This document shows, in pieces, positions 58,530-64,000 of a DNA stretch of 64,000 nucleotides. Under the pieces are notes generated by a model. The model did not search any database. It had not been told where the DNA came from and worked only from the letters and a program-made list of their open reading frames with translations. Position 1 is the first letter of the stretch, and each line of letters begins with the position of its first letter. The DNA is from Bdellovibrionales bacterium (GTDB lineage Bacteria > Bdellovibrionota > Bdellovibrionia > Bdellovibrionales > UBA1609), in NCBI GenBank assembly GCA_965205945.1, contig CBDBIB010000001.1, positions 288,001 to 352,000 on the forward strand, read 5' to 3'. The translations under genes and the position numbers were made by a program.

Positions 58530-59622
58530 GAGGCTCTCTTTTAGTTGACGTTTTTAGCATAATATCTGCAATTTTCTCCCTCGCCCCTAAGGAAAAAGAT
58601 GATTTACAATTATCTCCTAAATTTGAAAACTTAGTAGGATTTTGCTTTATGGATAAGAGCTCTAGATATAAAGTCTCTATACTAAACTGTGCTTCTTCAA
58701 TCATAATTGCTGCACCTTTTTTAACCATACTTTCAGCATTCTTTTTCTGATGATTATCTGAAGAATTAGAAAGAGGCACTAAAATACTAGGTTTTCCCAT
58801 CACTGAAAGCTCAACCACTGTTGAGGCTCCTGATCGACAAATTACAAGATCTGCTGACTCATAATAGGTTTTTATAGGGTCTAAGTAAGATAAAACTTTG
58901 ACATCGTGACTCATTGGATATTTAGCTAAAGTAGACTCATAATTTTTAAAACCCGTTTGATGGATAAAGTTAAAATCTTTAAGTTTATCTCCGAATTTTT
59001 TAATAAACTCTGGCAACACATCATTAAAAACTTTTGCCCCTAGGCTCCCCCCAACGAAAAGAACTGTAATCTTACTTGATTTAGGTTCTTTTTTTAAAGT
59101 TTCTAGCTCTGTCTGAAGCTCTATTCTTATAGGAAGACCTGTTATAATAGATTTATTCTTTTTAAAAAACTTTACAGCTTCAGGAAAGACTAAAAGTGGT
59201 GTTGTATTAAGTTTGCCTAAAATTTTATTCGTAATGCCAGGAACTGTATTAGCCTCCCAAATATATGTAGGGATTTTTAAAATACACGCCACAGCCCCTA
59301 AAGGACCTGAAGCATAGCCACCAACTCCTAAAACAGCCTTAGGTCGATACCTTATAAGCAGAAAAAAAGATTGAATAAAACAGATCGGTAAGAAAAACAA
59401 AGATATAATTTGCTTTATTCTCCCTGCTAAAGAGTGCAGTTGCCCTACGGGTAAAAAATGTACTTTATACTTTGTTTGAGAAAAAATCTTGCGCTCCATA
59501 CCTCTTTTTGAACCAACTAAAACAACTCTAGCTTTTGAATCTTTACGTTTAATTTCATCTGCCACGGCTAAAGCTGGATAAATATGGCCACCTGATCCGC
59601 CACCTGTAATTAAGTATGTCAT
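58522..59622 (-). CDS. murG: Undecaprenyl-PP-MurNAc-pentapeptide GlcNAc transferase
   Basis: GGGSGGHIYP, GGYAS, GGSLGA, RSGAST, HQKKNA. Confidence 0.97.
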   Translation of the reverse strand: MTYLITGGGSGGHIYPALAVADEIKRKDSKARVVLVGSKRGMERKIFSQTKYKVHFLPVGQLHSLAGRIKQIISLFFLPICFIQSFFLLIRYRPKAVLGVGGYASGPLGAVACILKIPTYIWEANTVPGITNKILGKLNTTPLLVFPEAVKFFKKNKSIITGLPIRIELQTELETLKKEPKSSKITVLFVGGSLGAKVFNDVLPEFIKKFGDKLKDFNFIHQTGFKNYESTLAKYPMSHDVKVLSYLDPIKTYYESADLVICRSGASTVVELSVMGKPSILVPLSNSSDNHQKKNAESMVKKGAAIMIEEAQFSIETLYLELLSIKQNPTKFSNLGDNCKSSFSLGAREKIADIMLKTSTKREPHA

Positions 59623-59857
59623 AAAAGTATATTACATGATATTGTTTTATTCTCCAACGTCTACTTATATTGTTAAGAAATTTAAAAATATCTAAAATCT
59701 ACTGTTTAAAAACTTAAGATTGTACAGATAACTATAAAAAGGTAAAGTCGTGATCATCTTAAATTTATAAAAAAAATAAAATGGATCCAAATGCTTAAAA
59801 GCCTTTAAAATTAATAAGCACTTTTTTATCAATCAAACATTTTACCTTACATACTAA

Positions 59858-62650
59858 TTAGACCCCTATTTTTAACAATGTTTTCTTTTCATAGGGAAAT
59901 GTTAATACAAGGTTATACTTTAAATTATTAAAGCTTTTAAAATATTCAGCCAACATATCCTTATACTCCTTTAATTGAGAAAAGCCCTTCTCCACCTGTT
60001 TAGAGCTTCCTGTTTTATAATCAACGATCCAAACCTCATCATCAATTTTAGACCACAAATCAATTTTACCAGAGACTTTAAATTCTCCATTATAATCAAA
60101 GCCCCACTCTCTTTCTCCTGTTAATAGAATTTGACTAAAAGGAAAGCTTTTTTGCTCAAAAAGATATCTTACAGCTTTTAAATGTTTTTCTTCATTTTCT
60201 TTAAAAGAAGCTTTCACTTCCCCTTCTGCCTCTTCTAGATTTTGAACTCTTTCCATCATCTCATGGAAAAAAACTCCTTCTGATATGGCAAAGGAAAGTT
60301 TTAAAAAGCGCGCCACATCACCTTTATAATTTCCAAATTCACTTTCATTTTTTTTTGTAATTCCTTTTTTTTTCTTATCTAAAAACTGACTAAATCCCTC
60401 CCACAAAAAAAAACCCTCATGATTTTTTCCTATAAATCTACTCTCCTTAGGAGTTTTAAAGGGCTCTAGTTCACTAAAAAAATCTTTTTCTTGTTTAGTT
60501 TTGATTAAAAAATCTAAGGTTAAACTAAGCCAAGATGGGGCCGTAGATACTTTTGAAATTTTTTTTGACCCAATTAATGACAATGTTTTTTTTGCTCTTG
60601 TCATAGCTACATAAAAAAGCCTTTTATTTTCAGCCAACATTTCAATTTTCTCACTCAAAGCTAAATCTGTAACTGCCATGGGAAAGATCATTTGGTTTTC
60701 ATTCACAGAATAATCTTTTAAACTAAATAGGTTTTCTTCTAAATTAAAATAATACGGATTGGGTTTAAAAGAGTTTGATTTATTCAAACCTATAACATAC
60801 ACATGATCAAATTGAAGGCCTTTTGACCCATGAATAGTCATGAGGAAACAACCACTACTTGGTTTTATCTCTTCACTTTCAAATCGATAAGATCCTCTTA
60901 AAATATCATCAATAAATCCTTGTAAATTAAAATTATTTTTTTTCTCCTCTTCCTCTAATGCTGAGACTAACTTTAAAATATTAAATTCCCTACCTTTAGT
61001 AGGATCCAAATTCTCAGAAAAATCTAAAAACCCTGATGAACCTATGAACTCTAAAAGAACTACTGAATAAGGTAGTTTTTTAGATATTTTAAAAAGCTTT
61101 TTTAAATTTAAAACCCCTTCTTTTTCAGAAAAAATATCCCATAATGACTTAGCTTCTCCATTTTTTATTTTCTTCATTCCTGTTTGTATCTCCAAGTCAG
61201 AAATCTTGCACCAAAACGACATAAGTAAAATCAATATATTTTCATCATTATCAGGGTCTAATAAGAAACTTAAAAAACTTATCAATTCAATAATTTCTAA
61301 TGAGGATTCAAAGCCTTTTGAAAAGGAAAATTTATATTCAACTTTTGCTTTCCTAAGTTCTTTACTACAATCTAAAAGGCTTTTAGATTCTTTAGATAAA
61401 ATTGCAACTGATTCTTTCTCTAAATCAATGCCTTTTAATTCTTTTATTACGTATAAAAACTCATCACGAATAACGCCCTCTTTAAAGTGCACTACTTTAA
61501 CACTGCCTTTTACGTTCTCTATAATAGGTTTCATTTCAACAAAATCTGGGAGCATAAATTTAGTAAGCTTATTTGCAAATTCTACTATTTCAGGAGCTGA
61601 TCTATAGTTATTAAGCATATATTCACTCTGCCCTCCAGATTCCTTTATTTTAGTAAATTCTTTTAAAAAAATCTCTTTCCTAGCTCCTCTAAAAAAATAG
61701 ATACTCTGAAACGGGTCTCCAACAAAATAATTTCTAGATTTTTGCGACAGTATATTAATAATTTTTTCCTGCATTGGACTTGTATCTTGATATTCATCAA
61801 AAAAGGAAAAATCCCATATTTTTTCATCAAACTTTTTCTCAATTAATTTATTCAATACCTGTACTTCAGTATCAAATATACTGCTTATATGGTTATCTTT
61901 AATATATAGTGTTAGGCGCTGATTCCATTTAGTATATAACCTTTGATATAGTTTATGTCGTTTAGAATAACTCTTTAAAAACTCTTCTGTATTTGCTTCA
62001 TCAATAAGAATATTCTTTAACTCTTTAAATTTCTTTTGCTCTTTAAAATCTAAACCTTTTATATACTTAAGTAAAGTGGATCCTCCTTGATCACATAAAA
62101 CATGTGCCTTTTTATCATCAGAACCTAAAACAAGTTTTCTAACTCTATCTTGCACAAAAGATTTTAAATATTCAAAAGTTAACACCTTAGGATCAGTATT
62201 AGAATTTCTATAAATATGTGTGAAAGCTTTTAAAACATCATTCTCTGTTCGAGCTTCTATAAAAAAATTCTGAGCGCCCTCTTCTATAATTAAATCATGA
62301 AATATTCCCCTTTCCACCTTATTACGATGAGATTCAGAAAAATACTTTTGCTCACCAGTTATTTCTCCATCATTTATTTGGTCTAAAACCTTTAAAAAAA
62401 TGGAATGCAAAGTTCCCACCTCTAAAAAACTAGACGAAACATACTCTAAAAAATCTTCATCATTTAATTCAATAGCTTTTAAAATAAGTCTTTCTGAGAG
62501 TTCATTTGCTGCTTTAATGGTAAACGTTGAAAGAAGAACTTTAGGCCGACGCCCTTCTTTCTTAAAAAAATCTTTATACACATTATAAACGGAATTTAAT
62601 AACCCCGTAGTTTTTCCTGCACCCGCTGTAGCTCTTACAATCTTATTCAT
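59858..62650 (-). CDS. addA: AddA-like UvrD helicase with PD-(D/E)XK nuclease
   Basis: ATAGAGKT, DEYQDT, GDPFQSIYFFRGA, TIHGSKGL, YVAMTRA, GKIDL..DYKTG. Confidence 0.88.
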   Translation of the reverse strand: MNKIVRATAGAGKTTGLLNSVYNVYKDFFKKEGRRPKVLLSTFTIKAANELSERLILKAIELNDEDFLEYVSSSFLEVGTLHSIFLKVLDQINDGEITGEQKYFSESHRNKVERGIFHDLIIEEGAQNFFIEARTENDVLKAFTHIYRNSNTDPKVLTFEYLKSFVQDRVRKLVLGSDDKKAHVLCDQGGSTLLKYIKGLDFKEQKKFKELKNILIDEANTEEFLKSYSKRHKLYQRLYTKWNQRLTLYIKDNHISSIFDTEVQVLNKLIEKKFDEKIWDFSFFDEYQDTSPMQEKIINILSQKSRNYFVGDPFQSIYFFRGARKEIFLKEFTKIKESGGQSEYMLNNYRSAPEIVEFANKLTKFMLPDFVEMKPIIENVKGSVKVVHFKEGVIRDEFLYVIKELKGIDLEKESVAILSKESKSLLDCSKELRKAKVEYKFSFSKGFESSLEIIELISFLSFLLDPDNDENILILLMSFWCKISDLEIQTGMKKIKNGEAKSLWDIFSEKEGVLNLKKLFKISKKLPYSVVLLEFIGSSGFLDFSENLDPTKGREFNILKLVSALEEEEKKNNFNLQGFIDDILRGSYRFESEEIKPSSGCFLMTIHGSKGLQFDHVYVIGLNKSNSFKPNPYYFNLEENLFSLKDYSVNENQMIFPMAVTDLALSEKIEMLAENKRLFYVAMTRAKKTLSLIGSKKISKVSTAPSWLSLTLDFLIKTKQEKDFFSELEPFKTPKESRFIGKNHEGFFLWEGFSQFLDKKKKGITKKNESEFGNYKGDVARFLKLSFAISEGVFFHEMMERVQNLEEAEGEVKASFKENEEKHLKAVRYLFEQKSFPFSQILLTGEREWGFDYNGEFKVSGKIDLWSKIDDEVWIVDYKTGSSKQVEKGFSQLKEYKDMLAEYFKSFNNLKYNLVLTFPYEKKTLLKIGV

Positions 62651-64000
62651 TAAAATGTTTCCGATTTTTTACAAATTCCGATCCAATTACAATTTACACA
62701 AACCTTTGAATAAGCTTGGTTTGGTTTTTCATTAAATACGTTATTTGATATATTTTCTAAAGTTTTCCAAAATTTAACTAAGAATATCTCTAATTTTTCT
62801 TCATATTTTTCTACTGTTACAGCAGAGCCTTGCGGCACTTCTTTGGCAAAATTTTGCCCGTTTTCTTTATCAACAAAACCTTTTACTCTTTTATAAGCTT
62901 TTACATTGATATATTGAAACCCTAAAAAATCTTTGAATTCACCCATAAAACCTTTATCTACAGCTATACAATACAAAAATAACTGTGGTGAGGGTTTAGA
63001 TCCTGAATATCTAGCTAGGGAAACTGACCCCGTGCCTGCTCTCTTATAGTCATATAAAAATATTTCATTCTTGTTAAAAACATCTATTCTATCAATAACT
63101 CCAACTATATTATAATCACCACTGTTTTTCATAAAAGTTTTTTCTTTAAGATTCACAAAAAAAGAAAAAAACTTTTCAGATTCAATTTTCTTAACTCCTT
63201 GCTCCTTAATATATTTATTTTCTGATTCAATAATTTTCCATAAATGCTTAACAAAAAAATCTAATGATGCTCTTCTAAAATAGTTAAGTTCCTCTTTTTC
63301 TGTATAAATCATTCCTTTAAGTAATTCTCTAAATTTATTTTTCGTAAGATTCTTATTATTAACTTCTTCAAGTGCCTTATGAATGAATAAACCCTCTTCT
63401 TTTGGAGATAAAAAATAATCTTCATCAGATTCAAAATTTAAACCCAAGACCTTTTCTAGATAAAATTTATACGAACATTCATCATATCTTTGAAGACTAG
63501 AGGCTGATATTTTATTGTCAAAATACTCAAGTCTATTTCGATTAACGTTAAATTCTTTTTTTATTCCTTTTTTTCGATCCGTACTCAACTCCTTCTTATC
63601 TTCATCATAAAGCATCTTAAAAACTCCAGGCTTTACAGAGCTTCCAATTGCCATTTTTTCAGAATATAAAATATGTTTTAAAACATTTGAATCTAATATC
63701 ATTGAATTTTTCATAAGTTCTCTAACATAATTATAATTTAAACTTACAAAATCCAGTCCTAAATCTCTTTCTAAACCTAATAAAATCGTATTGGTAAAAA
63801 GCTTTTCGCCATTTCTTTTAAACAACGAGTCATTCCAACCTAAAATATACATTTTCTCTACTTCTTGGACTGAGCAATATGTATAATCTTGAATAGGAAG
63901 CTTTGTAAATATTTTTTTAAACTTACTTTTTTCTCTATTTTCAATTTCGCTTAATATCTCCACCCAACTAGATATAGGTATTAAGCACTTAAACCCTATT
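62650..64000 (-). CDS. addB: AddB-like PD-(D/E)XK nuclease with Fe-S motif (5' end outside window)
   Basis: SASSLQRYDEC, GVIDRID, DYK, CVNC..IC; frame open to base 64000. Confidence 0.82.
   Translation of the reverse strand, partial: IGFKCLIPISSWVEILSEIENREKSKFKKIFTKLPIQDYTYCSVQEVEKMYILGWNDSLFKRNGEKLFTNTILLGLERDLGLDFVSLNYNYVRELMKNSMILDSNVLKHILYSEKMAIGSSVKPGVFKMLYDEDKKELSTDRKKGIKKEFNVNRNRLEYFDNKISASSLQRYDECSYKFYLEKVLGLNFESDEDYFLSPKEEGLFIHKALEEVNNKNLTKNKFRELLKGMIYTEKEELNYFRRASLDFFVKHLWKIIESENKYIKEQGVKKIESEKFFSFFVNLKEKTFMKNSGDYNIVGVIDRIDVFNKNEIFLYDYKRAGTGSVSLARYSGSKPSPQLFLYCIAVDKGFMGEFKDFLGFQYINVKAYKRVKGFVDKENGQNFAKEVPQGSAVTVEKYEEKLEIFLVKFWKTLENISNNVFNEKPNQAYSKVCVNCNWIGICKKSETF

Noticed and set aside
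4407..62588. Short (60-135 aa) ORFs nested in or antisense to long genes (e.g. 4407, 7605, 11486, 16300, 24777, 40994, 41837, 43997, 52129, 61206)
   Set aside because: They are shadow frames of well-supported genes and show no motifs.
62650..64000. Fe-S PD-(D/E)XK nuclease as Cas4, or any CRISPR array in the window
   Set aside because: It is coupled to an AddA-like helicase, and no repeat-spacer array or cas genes were seen.

Overview
AT-rich chromosomal window, most likely from a Bdellovibrionota (Bdellovibrio-like) bacterium. That call is inferred from a Bdellovibrio-type fibre adhesin, a bacterial topoisomerase VI pair, a long-linker FtsZ and the gene order. It is mostly housekeeping: glmS, mlaEFD, HU, dapF, ftsW, an RlmD-like methyltransferase, acnA, pcrA/uvrD, queF, tRNA-Arg(UCG), birA, top6BA, bolA-grxD, rpoH, aspS, lpxH, murG-murC-murB-ddl-ftsQ-ftsA-ftsZ and addAB. 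Signs of erosion include remnants of IS66, IS1595 and IS5/IS903 elements, a decayed BspA-like gene, and a ~2.8 kb foreign insert (AbiEi/AbiEii, truncated TrbG/VirB9, IS1595 relic) between 156-bp direct repeats. The most notable pattern is an apparently retained flagellar regulatory cascade whose structural genes are missing here. It comprises a FleQ-like sigma54 activator beside a kinase lacking ATP-binding boxes, a collapsed fliL-orf-fliA operon, two identical sigma54 promoters (fliL and a metalloprotease), and sigma28-like promoters on an adhesin and other non-flagellar genes. Many genes also look leaderless. All calls come from reading the sequence; no searches were run.
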